Shown here piece after piece: positions 16,717 to 25,967 of a stretch of 37,833 bases of DNA (position 1 is its first letter; each line of letters begins with the position of its first letter). The translations under genes and the position numbers were made by a program. The notes beneath the pieces are model-generated. The model saw nothing but the letters and a program-made list of their open reading frames with translations. It had not been told where the DNA came from and searched no databases. Source of the DNA: Sphingomonadales bacterium. Lineage in GTDB: Bacteria > Pseudomonadota > Alphaproteobacteria > Sphingomonadales > Sphingomonadaceae. Location: contig JBBQKM010000001.1 of the NCBI GenBank assembly GCA_038326915.1, positions 1-37,833 on the forward strand, given 5' to 3'.

Positions 16717-17945
16717 CAGCCGGCCGACAGCGCGTCGTCGCGCCAGTTTTCACGCCGCACCAGCCGCGCCGCAAGCCCCGACAGCAGCGCGCCGATCTTG
16801 CCGAACCAGCGATCGAGCGCACCGATCGGCTGGCCACCCGGCACATAGGCAAGGCTACGGTACAGCCACAGCGACAGCGCGATGAAGCCGACGAACGGCA
16901 CCCATTGCGCCAGCACCGGATCGATCCGACCAAGGCTGCCCATGCGTTCGCCATATTCGGTCAGCTTGTGAAACGTCACCAGTGCGATGAGCGCGATGAA
17001 CACGCCGAGCGCCGAGGTCGATCGCTTTGGCGGCACCCCCAGTGCGACGGCAAGAAACGGCAGGGTGAACATCACAAGGCACTGCACCAGCCGGCGGTTG
17101 AAGGTGGCGCTGGCGTCGCGCCGCGCCTCGGGCGTCGCGGCGTCACCGAAGATCGTGCGGCCGAGCTCGGGCAGCGTCTTTTCCAGATTGCCCTGGCCGC
17201 GCTTGCGAAAGCTCGACATGCTCGGCAGGTTGACCGGCAGGTCGTGCTGATCGAACGACAGCACGCGCGGCACGCTGGCCTCGCCGGTCGAATGCACCAG
17301 CGTGCCGTTCTTCAACCGCAGCAGGATGACATCGGGGTCGTCGGTCGACAGGAAGGTGCCCTGCGCTGCCGTCACCGCCACGCTCTGCCCATCCTTGTCC
17401 TGCGCGCGGACAAACAGCCCGCGCAGATCGGCACCCTGGTTCTTGCTCTCTTCGACCCGCAAGGTCATGCCCTTGCCAAGGCTGGCAAACTCGCCGACCT
17501 TGATCGAGGCGCCGAGCGCGCCCGAGCGCAGCTCGAACTGCAGGTTTTCATAGGCATAGCGCGAGACCGGCTGCAGGAAGCCGACGATGCCGAAATTGAT
17601 CAGCGCAAAGGCGATGGCAAACAGGAACGGCACGCGCAGCAGCCGATTATAGCTGATACCGACGGCGCGCAGGGCATCGAGTTCCGACGACAGCGCCAAT
17701 TTGCGGAACGCCATCAGGATGCCCATCATGACGCCGATCGGGATGCCGAGCGATAGATACTCGGGCAGCAAATTGCCGAGCATCCGCCACACCACCGACA
17801 CCGGGCCGCCTTCTGTCATCACGAAATCGAACAGCCGCAGCATCCGGTCGAGCAGCAGGAGCATCGCCGCGATGACCAGCGACGAAAACAGCGGCACGAT
17901 GATCAGCCGGGCCAGATAACGGTCAAAACGGGTAAGCGCGAACAA
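16716..17945 (-). CDS. lptF: LptF-family ABC transporter permease
   Basis: TTG start (approximate); LTRFDRYL, FRKLALSSELDALRAVGIS, LAVALGVPPKR; TGATG overlap with lptG. Confidence 0.9.
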   Translation of the reverse strand: MFALTRFDRYLARLIIVPLFSSLVIAAMLLLLDRMLRLFDFVMTEGGPVSVVWRMLGNLLPEYLSLGIPIGVMMGILMAFRKLALSSELDALRAVGISYNRLLRVPFLFAIAFALINFGIVGFLQPVSRYAYENLQFELRSGALGASIKVGEFASLGKGMTLRVEESKNQGADLRGLFVRAQDKDGQSVAVTAAQGTFLSTDDPDVILLRLKNGTLVHSTGEASVPRVLSFDQHDLPVNLPSMSSFRKRGQGNLEKTLPELGRTIFGDAATPEARRDASATFNRRLVQCLVMFTLPFLAVALGVPPKRSTSALGVFIALIALVTFHKLTEYGERMGSLGRIDPVLAQWVPFVGFIALSLWLYRSLAYVPGGQPIGALDRWFGKIGALLSGLAARLVRRENWRDDALSAG

Positions 17946-18090
17946 GGTGGTGCCGGGTCCAATCCCTTGATGTCGACACTGCTGCGCCCAAATTTCGCCG
18001 CAAGCCTTCACCATGTTGCAACAGACCGGAAAGGCAGGCACCCACCCGGCACGTATCGTGAACCCTATAGCCCGGTGAAACTGCAAGGTC

Positions 18091-18615
18091 ATGGCAAATT
18101 CGTACAAGGTCGCGGCAACCGCCGTCGGCCTGCTTTTGATGACGGTCGCGTCGGCACCCGCGATGGCGCAAGGCCCGGTCGTGCTCGGCAGCGACGCGGC
18201 GGAATGCCGCCCTGGCGCCTCGGGCACCGCGGCGCTGGTCACCGTTCATGGTTTCAAGAACCGCGACGGCCGGCTGCGCATCCAGGATTATACCGGCACC
18301 AAGGGCGAATATCTCGAAAGCGGCAAATATCTCCGCCGCCAGGAAATGCCGATGACGGCGAGCGGCGACATGACCGTCTGCCTGTCGCTGCCCGGCCCCG
18401 GCCGCTATGTCATCGTGGCGCTGCACGACAGCAACAGCGACGGCAAGCTGTCGGTGTGGCAGGACGGCATCGGCTTTACCAACAATCCCAAGCTGGGGTT
18501 GTCAAAGCCGAGCGCCGAAAAGACGCTGTTCACCGCCACGGCCGGCATAAACAACGTCCGCATCGTGATGAATTACCTGCGCGGCCTGTCGGTCAGCCCG
18601 TTGAAGGAGCGGTAG
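18091..18615 (+). CDS. DUF2141 domain-containing secreted protein
   Basis: Signal peptide; PGRYVIVALHDSNSDGK...DGIGFTNNP...KPS. Confidence 0.85.
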   Translation: MANSYKVAATAVGLLLMTVASAPAMAQGPVVLGSDAAECRPGASGTAALVTVHGFKNRDGRLRIQDYTGTKGEYLESGKYLRRQEMPMTASGDMTVCLSLPGPGRYVIVALHDSNSDGKLSVWQDGIGFTNNPKLGLSKPSAEKTLFTATAGINNVRIVMNYLRGLSVSPLKER

Positions 18616-19708
18616 CCCGCGCCACGGCCGCGGGCTCCACCCGCGTCCAGCGCGCCAGCGCCGACAGCGCCGCCGGCACCGCCGCCAGCCCGGCGACGAG
18701 CGCAAACCGGCCGATTCCCGTCGTCGCAAACCGCTGCAGAGTCGTCGCGAGCCGCACCTGGCGCGCGACATCGCCGCGCAATTGCCTCTGGAAAAGCGCC
18801 GCCGGGGCACCATCCGCCACCATGTCGCCGGCCAGCCGCCCGCCGTGCAGCGCCATCGCCATGCCATCGCCGCAAAAGCTGGGGATCACCGCCGCCTGGT
18901 CGCCGAGCCGATAGACCGCATCCGCCGGGTCGGGCGTCGCCAGATAGCCATAGGGCACGTTGGCGATGGTCAGCGGTTTTGCCAGCAGTTGCTCGGCGTC
19001 GGCAAGCGCCGCCAGCCCCGGCTCGCGCGCCAGCGCCGCGAACAGCGCCGGCCAGCTGCCGCCGAGGGCCGCAAAGCGCGCCCGATCGACAAGCAGGCAG
19101 AGGTTGACGCGGTCGCCCTCGACACATTGCACCCCGGCATAGCCGCCAGCGAACGCCGTCACCTCCACCGCGCCGGACAGCGCGCCGCGCAATCCGGGTG
19201 CGGCGCGGAAGAACTGTTTGAAGCCGATCAGGCCCTCGATCGTGCCGGCGGGGTCGCGCGGCTGGCCGCGCAGGTCGTGCTTGCCAGTTGCGAGCAGCAG
19301 CGGGCCAGCGTCGGTGGCGCCGGCGGCGGTGACCGCGCGGCCATCGGCGATGTGGCGCACCGCCGTGTCGCGCCGCACGTCGGCGCCCGCTGCTGCGGCA
19401 TGATCGAGCAGCGCCGCATCGAGCGCGCGCCGCGTCAGCCCGGTGGCGACAAACGGCAGCCGCGCCTCTGCCGTGCGGCGCCCGGCATGGATGCGCACCC
19501 GGTCGATGCGCGCGCCACCCAGCCGGCCGGCATCGAAGCCGAGCGCGTCGAGGTGGCGCCCGGCCTCGACCGACAGGAATTCGCCGCAGATCTTGTCGTG
19601 CGCGCCGGCCTCGCGTTCGATCAGCAGCGGCGGCGCACCACGTTGGGCCAGCCGCGCCGCCGCGGCAGCGCCGGCCAGGCCACCGCCAATGATGGTGGCG
19701 CGCATCAT
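18593..19708 (-). CDS. FAD-dependent oxidoreductase/monooxygenase (type III PKS cluster)
   Basis: IIGGGLAG, DKICGEFLS, LATGK, LGDQAAVIPSFCGDGMAMAL; ATGA overlap with the methyltransferase. Confidence 0.88.
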   Translation of the reverse strand: MMRATIIGGGLAGAAAAARLAQRGAPPLLIEREAGAHDKICGEFLSVEAGRHLDALGFDAGRLGGARIDRVRIHAGRRTAEARLPFVATGLTRRALDAALLDHAAAAGADVRRDTAVRHIADGRAVTAAGATDAGPLLLATGKHDLRGQPRDPAGTIEGLIGFKQFFRAAPGLRGALSGAVEVTAFAGGYAGVQCVEGDRVNLCLLVDRARFAALGGSWPALFAALAREPGLAALADAEQLLAKPLTIANVPYGYLATPDPADAVYRLGDQAAVIPSFCGDGMAMALHGGRLAGDMVADGAPAALFQRQLRGDVARQVRLATTLQRFATTGIGRFALVAGLAAVPAALSALARWTRVEPAAVARATAPSTG

Positions 19709-20418
19709 TTGCACCGCCCGACGCCCCAGCGGAACGGCAGGTGCCAGTGCACCCGCGCGTCGGCGACGCCCGCCGCGGCCAGCAGGCCATCCCAATCGGC
19801 GCGCACGAACGCCCGCCGCACCGACAGCGCGCCGTCATGGCGAACAATCGGATGCCAGCGCAGCACCCCGGCCAGCACGCGAAAGCCCGCCCAGGCGAGG
19901 CGATGGCGGTGCAGATCGTTGATGAACCAGCCGCGCCGCGCCGTCGCCTCCATCCAGCGCATGAAGCCGACCAGTTCGGCGTCGTGCATATGGTGCGCGA
20001 CCAGCGACGACACGATGAAATCGGGCGCCAGCCCCAGCGCCGCCGCGTCGCCGGTCAAATAGCTTATGCCCAGCGCCGGATCGGTCGCCGCCGCAGCGAC
20101 GGGTGCGCTGCGCAGGTTGAGATCGACGCCGGTCAGTGTCGCCACCTTGCCGTTGCGCCGCGCCCAGTGCGCGATGGCGCGCAGCATGTCGCCATGGCCG
20201 AACCCGACATCGACAAGGCTGAAACTGGCCATGCCCTGCGTCGCGTGGCGCAGCCAAGCCAGCGTCGGCGGCCGCGCCAGCGTGATCGTGTTGACCCGTG
20301 ACAGATCGGCGATCAGCGCGGCATAGGTGTCGGCATCGAGGTCAGCGGCGTCCATCAGCTCGGCTTCGGTGGCGCGGCGGCTGAAATCGGGCGCTGCGGC
20401 CAGGGCAATGCTGGCCAT
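19705..20418 (-). CDS. Class I SAM-dependent methyltransferase (type III PKS cluster)
   Basis: RRATEAELMD, LVDVGFGHGD, GVDL, SSLVAHH, INDLHR, HDGALSVRRAF. Confidence 0.88.
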   Translation of the reverse strand: MASIALAAAPDFSRRATEAELMDAADLDADTYAALIADLSRVNTITLARPPTLAWLRHATQGMASFSLVDVGFGHGDMLRAIAHWARRNGKVATLTGVDLNLRSAPVAAAATDPALGISYLTGDAAALGLAPDFIVSSLVAHHMHDAELVGFMRWMEATARRGWFINDLHRHRLAWAGFRVLAGVLRWHPIVRHDGALSVRRAFVRADWDGLLAAAGVADARVHWHLPFRWGVGRCK

Positions 20419-21512
20419 CAGACTGTCGTGAAGCGGAAGCTCTCCGCCGCCAGCCCGGGGCCGAATGCCACTGCAAAGCCCTTCGACGCGCGATCGACGC
20501 TGGTGCCGACCTGCCCCATGATGCGGCTGAGCACGAACATCAGCGTCGCCGACGACATGTTGCCGAATTCGCGCAAGATCCCGCGCGACCAGTGCAAGGC
20601 CTCGGGCGCGAGATCAAAGCCGGCTTCGACGGCATCGAGGATCGTCCGCCCGCCGGCATGGACCGCCCACAGGTCGTAATCGCTTGTCCGCGTGCCGCGC
20701 AGCAGGCCTTCACCATCGTTGCGTTCGGTCTCGAACTTCAGTGCGCGCTGGATGCGGCCCGGCACTTCGCCCGACAGATGCATGTCGAAACCCTGGTCGC
20801 CGACGCGCCAGGTGATCGCTTCGGCCGAATCGTCGATCGTCGTGGCGCGGAAATCGTTGAGCGCGAGGCCGGTTTCATCGGCGGTTACGAGCGCCGCCGA
20901 ACAGCCATCGCCGAACAGCAGCATCGACAGCAGCCGCTCAAGCTCCCCGGTTTCCTGGAAATGCAGCGTGCACAGCTCGAGATTGACGACCAGCACCCGC
21001 GCCGCCGGGTCCGACCGCACGAAATGATGCGCCAGCCGCAGCGAATTGACCGCGGCATAGCAGCCCATGAAGCCGACCACTGTCCGCTCCACACCCGGAT
21101 TGAGCCCCGCCGCCTTGACGATCAGCTGGTCGATGCCCGGCGCGACAAAGCCGGTGCACGAGGCGACGACCAGATGGGTGATCCGGTCACGCTCACCATC
21201 GATGTTGAGCGCATCGAGCGCCGCGCTGGCGAGCACCGGCGCCGATTTTTCGAACCGCGCCATGCGCGCGCCGGTCGAAGGAAACGCGCCCTTGGCATAG
21301 AAACCATCGGAATCGGCAACGAAGCGGTTCGGGTTGGCCAGCGGTTCGAAATAGGAAAACCGGTGTTCGATGCCGGCGCGGCCGACCATGCGCTTGAAAA
21401 TGAGCGCGTTGCGGCGATCATCGATCATGTCGCCGACAAAGCGCACGAACGGTTCATGGACATCGTTGGGCGGAACGGCGGTGCCGATGCGGTTGATGTG
21501 TGCAGTTACCAA
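20418..21512 (-). CDS. Type III polyketide synthase
   Basis: Cys-His-Asn triad contexts MGCYAA, VHAGG, GNMSS; ELCTLH, LFGDG, AFGPGL; TTG start with GGGAG SD. Confidence 0.95.
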   Translation of the reverse strand: MVTAHINRIGTAVPPNDVHEPFVRFVGDMIDDRRNALIFKRMVGRAGIEHRFSYFEPLANPNRFVADSDGFYAKGAFPSTGARMARFEKSAPVLASAALDALNIDGERDRITHLVVASCTGFVAPGIDQLIVKAAGLNPGVERTVVGFMGCYAAVNSLRLAHHFVRSDPAARVLVVNLELCTLHFQETGELERLLSMLLFGDGCSAALVTADETGLALNDFRATTIDDSAEAITWRVGDQGFDMHLSGEVPGRIQRALKFETERNDGEGLLRGTRTSDYDLWAVHAGGRTILDAVEAGFDLAPEALHWSRGILREFGNMSSATLMFVLSRIMGQVGTSVDRASKGFAVAFGPGLAAESFRFTTV

Positions 21513-21596
21513 AATTCATCTCCCGACCCCCCGCCGTGCCTGCCCTGTCGGTTGACAAGTTGCAAGGCGGCGCGGGGTCGCTGCTATAGCTACGTG

Positions 21597-22475
21597 ATGA
21601 TCGACCGATTCAGCGATGTGCCCGGCCTTTTTGTCGGCCATGCCCATGACACCGCCATCAACACCGGGGTAACCGTTATCGTTCCGGAAATGCCCGTCGT
21701 GATGGCGGTCGATGTCCGCGGCGGCGGGCCGGGGACGCGCGAGACCGATGCGCTGAACCCGTCGACGTTAGTTGAACGTATCCACGGCCTCGTGCTCGCC
21801 GGCGGATCGGTGTTCGGGCTGGCAGCGGCCGACGAAATGGCGCTTTGCCTGTCGGCGGCGGGCATCGGGCTGGCGATCGGGCCGGGGCTGCCGGTGGTGC
21901 CGGTGATCCCCGCGGCGATCCTGTTCGACCTCGTCAACGGCGGCGACAAGGCCTGGGGCGACGCGCCGCCGTATCGCCGGCTGGCGCGCGCGGCCCATGC
22001 GTCGCGCGATGCCGACACCAGCGGCCGTATCGGAGCCGGCCATGGCGCGCGCGCCGGCAGCCGGGCGGGCGGCATCGGCAGCGTTTCGGCGCTCTTGCCC
22101 GGCGGCTATCGCATCGGCGCGCTGATCGCCTGCAACAGTTTCGGCGAGGTCTATGAAGGTGCGCCCCCGGAAGGCGCGGTGCCCATGCCCAAGCGTCAAA
22201 ACGCAGACGCCGTGCGCCGCAACACAACGATAGGCGCGATCGCCACCGATGCACCGCTGACCCGCGCGCAAGCGCAGCGCATCGCGGTGATGGCGCAGGA
22301 TGGCTTGGCGCGCTGTATCCGCCCGATCCACACGCCATTCGACGGTGACTGCCTGTTCGTCATGTCGACGGCGCCCGAAACCGGCGCCGGCAGCGACCCG
22401 GTGGCGCTGACCGAAATCGGCACGATCGCCGCCGACCTGGTGGCGCGCGCCGTGCGGCGGGCAGTTTTCGGGTAG
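21597..22475 (+). CDS. P1/S58 (DmpA-like) family peptidase
   Basis: DVPGLFVGH, TGVTV, DVRGGGPGTRET, GGSVFGLAAAD, NTTIGAIATDA, AQDGLAR.IRPIHTPFDGD. Confidence 0.9.
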   Translation: MIDRFSDVPGLFVGHAHDTAINTGVTVIVPEMPVVMAVDVRGGGPGTRETDALNPSTLVERIHGLVLAGGSVFGLAAADEMALCLSAAGIGLAIGPGLPVVPVIPAAILFDLVNGGDKAWGDAPPYRRLARAAHASRDADTSGRIGAGHGARAGSRAGGIGSVSALLPGGYRIGALIACNSFGEVYEGAPPEGAVPMPKRQNADAVRRNTTIGAIATDAPLTRAQAQRIAVMAQDGLARCIRPIHTPFDGDCLFVMSTAPETGAGSDPVALTEIGTIAADLVARAVRRAVFG

Positions 22476-22500
22476 GCGCGATTTGGGCGAAGTTGGAAGG

Positions 22501-22620
22501 GCACGGGCAAAGCCCGTGCTGGCGCCGGACGGGTTCAGCCGGCGTTGCCGGCCGCCCCGCCGATCGGGCTGGCGCCTGTCGGCGCGCTGCGCTCCGCGCT
22601 GCGCGCTCGCGGCGCTGCGC
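22501..22620. repeat. Structured intergenic element (hairpins plus three GCGCTGCGC copies)
   Basis: GCACGGGC-AAA-GCCCGTGC (22501-22519), GCCGGC-GTT-GCCGGC (22538-22552), GCGCTGCGC at 22584, 22596 and 22612. Confidence 0.5.
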
Positions 22621-22622
22621 CG

Positions 22623-23321
22623 TTAACGCCGGAAAAGTGCCTCGCCCTGCTCCAGCGCCGTGCCGCTGGAGGTGCTCGCCACCGGCTCGCCATGCTCGGC
22701 GATATGCGCTGCCGCAACGCGTTCGGCCTGTAGCTGTTCGATCAGCGCGGCGCGGTCTTCACCCAGCTTTTCAAGGTTCGGCGAGGTGTCGATACCGGCC
22801 TTCTTGGCCGCTGCCGCCACCAGCGCATCCATTTCGCGCTGGCTGGTCAGCCCGAGGGTCACCGGGTCACGCGGCTGCAGATTGGCATAGTTCCAATGGC
22901 TCTTGTCGCGGATCGCGGCGATCGTCGTCTTTGTCGTGCCGATCAGCTTGGAAATCTGGTTGTCGGTGATCTCGGGATGGTTCTTGATGATCCACAGGAT
23001 GCCGTCAGGCTTGTCCTGGCGCTTTGACACCGGCGTGTAGCGCGGCCCGGTGGTGCGGCGCGACTGTTCGGGCTGGCGCGACAGCTTCAGCACATGATCG
23101 GGGTTGGCCTGGCCGCGCTCGAGCTCGTCGGGGCTCAATTCGCCGCTACGGATCGGGTCGCGCCCGGTCAGCTTGGTGGCGGCGGTATCATCGGCAATCG
23201 CCTGGATTTCGAGGATGTGGAGCCCGCAGAACTGCGCGATCTGTTCAAAGGTGAGCGCCGAATTGTCGACCAGCCAGGCGGCGGTGGCGTGCGGCATCAG
23301 CGGGGTTGTCGGGGCGGCCAT
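22623..23321 (-). CDS. trcR: DUF1013 family RNA polymerase-associated cell-cycle regulator (TrcR-like)
   Basis: PLMPHATAAWLVDNSALTFEQIAQFCGLHILEIQAIAD, GPRYTPVSKRQDKPDGILW, LIGTTKTTI..IRDKSHWN, DPVTLGL. Confidence 0.9.
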   Translation of the reverse strand: MAAPTTPLMPHATAAWLVDNSALTFEQIAQFCGLHILEIQAIADDTAATKLTGRDPIRSGELSPDELERGQANPDHVLKLSRQPEQSRRTTGPRYTPVSKRQDKPDGILWIIKNHPEITDNQISKLIGTTKTTIAAIRDKSHWNYANLQPRDPVTLGLTSQREMDALVAAAAKKAGIDTSPNLEKLGEDRAALIEQLQAERVAAAHIAEHGEPVASTSSGTALEQGEALFRR

Positions 23322-23385
23322 GGCGCGGTTCCTGTCTTTGGATACGGAAACAGCCGCCCCTTTCCGGAGCGGCTGTGCAGTCTTG

Positions 23386-23414
23386 AATGTAGAACGATGG
23401 CGCGCCGCAATCAA
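23386..23414 (-). promoter_or_regulatory. Sigma70/RpoH-like promoter of the DUF1013 gene, followed by a 5-prime UTR hairpin (23350-23376)
   Basis: Minus strand (C)TTGATT-N17-TACATT; leader hairpin ACAGCCGCTCC-GGAAA-GGGGCGGCTGT. Confidence 0.55.
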
Positions 23415-23483
23415 GCGCGCTGCATCGCAGGGGCAATCGCGGCAATGGCTGGCCAGCCGCCGCCGCCATGATATGGTCGGTGC

Positions 23484-23897
23484 ATGAGCCCCCCCGACCT
23501 GCAAAAACACGACGATCACGGCGCCGGCCCGGCCGAGCGCGCCGTGGCGCTGACCAGTTTTCGCGCCATCGAGCGGGGGTTGCTGGTCGCCATCGCCGCC
23601 ATGACGCTGGCCGCGGCCGGGTTCGAAATCTATCGCGTCCTCGCCGAACGATCGGTCAACCTCGCCGATATCCTGCTGATGTTCCTGTATGCGGAGGTCA
23701 TCGGCATGATCGCGGTCTTCTATGGTGGGCGGGAATCGCCGTTCGTCTATCCGATCTTCATCGCCATCACGGCGCTCGCCCGGCTGATCGTGCTGCAGGG
23801 CAAGGCGATGGCGCCTGAAAACATCGTTTTCGAGGCCAGCGCGATCCTGCTGCTGGCGATTGCCGCGATCATCATCGCCCGCACCAGCAAGTCATGA
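23484..23897 (+). CDS. PsiE family (phosphate-starvation-inducible) membrane protein
   Basis: Four TM segments; LADILLMFLYAEVIGM, PIFIAITALARLIVL. Confidence 0.85.
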   Translation: MSPPDLQKHDDHGAGPAERAVALTSFRAIERGLLVAIAAMTLAAAGFEIYRVLAERSVNLADILLMFLYAEVIGMIAVFYGGRESPFVYPIFIAITALARLIVLQGKAMAPENIVFEASAILLLAIAAIIIARTSKS

Positions 23898-25111
23898 CCC
23901 GCGACGAACTGGCGGCCATGGATGCCGCCGACCCGATCGGGCCCGCACGGGCGCGCTTTTGCCTGCCGCCGGGGATCGTCTACCTCGACGGCAATTCGCT
24001 GGGGCCGCTGCCCGCAGCGACGCCGGCGCTTGTTGCCGACGCCGTGACAGCGCAATGGGGGACGGGGCTGATCCGCAGCTGGAACGACGCCGGCTGGATC
24101 GACCTGCCGTTGCGCATCGGCGCCGCCATCGCGCCGCTGCTCGGCGCCGCGCCCGACAGTGTCATCGCGTGCGATTCGGTGTCGGTGAACCTGTTCAAAC
24201 TTGCCGGCGCCGCGCTGGCACTGCGGCCAGGACGGCGGATAATCCTCGCCGAAGCGGGTGATTTCCCCACCGATGCCTATGTCCTCGCCGGGCTGGCACA
24301 CAACGTCGGGGCGGAGCTGCGGCTGGTGCCGCGCGACGCGATCGCCGCCGCGATCGATACCAATGTCGCGCTGCTGGTGCTCACCCATGCCCATTATGCC
24401 ACCGGCGCGGTGCACGACATGGCGGCGATGTCCGCCGCCGCCCATGCCGCAGGGGCGCTGACTTTATGGGATCTCAGCCATTCTGCGGGTGCCCTGCACC
24501 TTGCACTCGATGCCGATGGTGCCGATTTCGCCATCGGTTGCGGCTATAAATACCTCAACGGCGGCCCGGGTGCACCGGCCTTTGCCTATGCGGCGCGCCG
24601 CCACCACGGCGAATTCCGGCCGCCGCTGCAGGGCTGGATGGGCCATGCCGCACCGTTCGACTTCACACAGGACTATGCGCCGGCCCCCGGCATCGCGCGG
24701 CTCGCGGTCGGCACGCCACCGATCCTTGCCATGACCGCGCTCGCCGCCGGCGTGGCGACGTTCGACGGCATCGCCATGGCCGACGCCGAGGCGAAATCCG
24801 TCGCCCTTGTCCGCACCTTTGCTGCGCTGGTGGCAACGCATTGCCCCGGCGTGGCGGTCGAGCCGCCCGCCGCCGGCCGCCACGGCGCCCAGCTGATCCT
24901 GCGCCACAGCCACGGCCGCCGCGTCATGGCGGCGCTGATCGCCCGCGGAGTCATCGGCGATTTCCGCCCGCCCGACCGCCTGCGCTTCGGCTTTCCGGCG
25001 CTGTACACCCGCTTCACCGACCTGTGGGACGCAGCCCAGGCCCTCGCCGCAGTGCTCGAAAGCGGCGAATGGCAGGCCGCGCGCTTTGACACGCTGGGTG
25101 TCGTCAGCTGA
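23894..25111 (+). CDS. kynU: Kynureninase
   Basis: YLDGNSLG, W..GLIRSWN, DSVSVNLFK, FPTDAY, WDLSHSAG, GCGYKYLNGGPG, GWMGH, GDFRPPD.LRFGF..LY. Confidence 0.93.
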   Translation: MTRDELAAMDAADPIGPARARFCLPPGIVYLDGNSLGPLPAATPALVADAVTAQWGTGLIRSWNDAGWIDLPLRIGAAIAPLLGAAPDSVIACDSVSVNLFKLAGAALALRPGRRIILAEAGDFPTDAYVLAGLAHNVGAELRLVPRDAIAAAIDTNVALLVLTHAHYATGAVHDMAAMSAAAHAAGALTLWDLSHSAGALHLALDADGADFAIGCGYKYLNGGPGAPAFAYAARRHHGEFRPPLQGWMGHAAPFDFTQDYAPAPGIARLAVGTPPILAMTALAAGVATFDGIAMADAEAKSVALVRTFAALVATHCPGVAVEPPAAGRHGAQLILRHSHGRRVMAALIARGVIGDFRPPDRLRFGFPALYTRFTDLWDAAQALAAVLESGEWQAARFDTLGVVS

Positions 25112-25852
25112 TCATTCCGCCTCGCCGGCATCGCGATCCTTGCTGAAATCGAACCGGATCTTCACCCATTCGCCGACCTGCGGCTGGCTGTTGAGCCGCG
25201 GCGGCTTCACCCGGAACTGCCAGGCGGCGTTGATCATGGCGCGCGCCAGCCCGGAACCCACCGGCGATTCGCCCAATTGCACGCAGTCTTCGACCTGGAA
25301 GCGCGGAATGGTGCGGCAGGCGATCAGCGCCCAGCTGCCTTTCGGCACGCCGCGCGGCAGATAATAGGCGAGTTCGGCCTGTGTGGGCTCGCGTTGCCAT
25401 TCGGCATTGTACAGCCGCACCCCGCCCGGGCCTTCACCGGGACCATAGGCCGAGGCGCTGTCGCCGGCATCGGCCTCTGCCACCGCCGTATCCGGCCGGC
25501 CCTTGGGCAGTTTTGCGAGGTCGAAACCATCGAACAACAGCTTGTCGAACAGCTTGGGCTGCGGTTCGGTCACCGGTTTCGGCGCCTGGGCGGCAGCGGG
25601 CGCCTTGGCTTTTGCCTTGGCCTTGGCCTTTGCCGCCGGTTTCGGCGCCGGCTTGGGGGCCGGTTGCAGGCTGGGCGGTAGCAATTCAAAGATTTTCGGT
25701 TCGGGCGGCAGCAGCTTTCGCGCCGGCGAAAGCAGCACGAACAGCGCAACGAGCAGGATATGCAGCAGGACGACGAGCAGAAATGTCGCCGCGCGGCCCC
25801 CCAGCCGGTCGCGGCGCAACTCTGCCAGGGATGGAAAGACCGTCGCACGCAT
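25112..25852 (-). CDS. TonB-like membrane-anchored protein (TM helix, Pro/Lys/Ala linker, TonB-C-like domain)
   Basis: LLHILLVALF anchor, PAPKPAPKPAAKAKAKAK linker, C-terminal LIACRT...VEDC...ESP.GSGLARA...AAWQFRVKPP...WVKIRFDF. Confidence 0.78.
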   Translation of the reverse strand: MRATVFPSLAELRRDRLGGRAATFLLVVLLHILLVALFVLLSPARKLLPPEPKIFELLPPSLQPAPKPAPKPAAKAKAKAKAKAPAAAQAPKPVTEPQPKLFDKLLFDGFDLAKLPKGRPDTAVAEADAGDSASAYGPGEGPGGVRLYNAEWQREPTQAELAYYLPRGVPKGSWALIACRTIPRFQVEDCVQLGESPVGSGLARAMINAAWQFRVKPPRLNSQPQVGEWVKIRFDFSKDRDAGEAE

Positions 25853-25906
25853 CGGCGCGTCGCCTAGCCCGGGCGGCCCGGCGCGGCAACACGCACAGTG
25901 GCGCAT

Positions 25907-25932
25907 GGAACGTTACGGATGCGCCACCCGTT
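25907..25932 (+). promoter_or_regulatory. EcfG/SigT (general stress response) promoter
   Basis: GGAAC-N17-CGTT, 35 nt upstream of ATG 25968. Confidence 0.72.
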
Positions 25933-25967
25933 CACCATGGCGACCCGATTCAAACTGAAGGACTATC

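Noticed and set aside
18593-18615. 23-nt convergent overlap of DUF2141 and the FAD oxidoreductase
   Set aside because: Short 3-prime overlaps are common in compact GC-rich genomes; no sign of a frameshift.
25590-25665. GCCTTG-type short tandem repeats
   Set aside because: They encode the KAKAKA/PKPA linker of the TonB-like protein; not a DNA repeat element.
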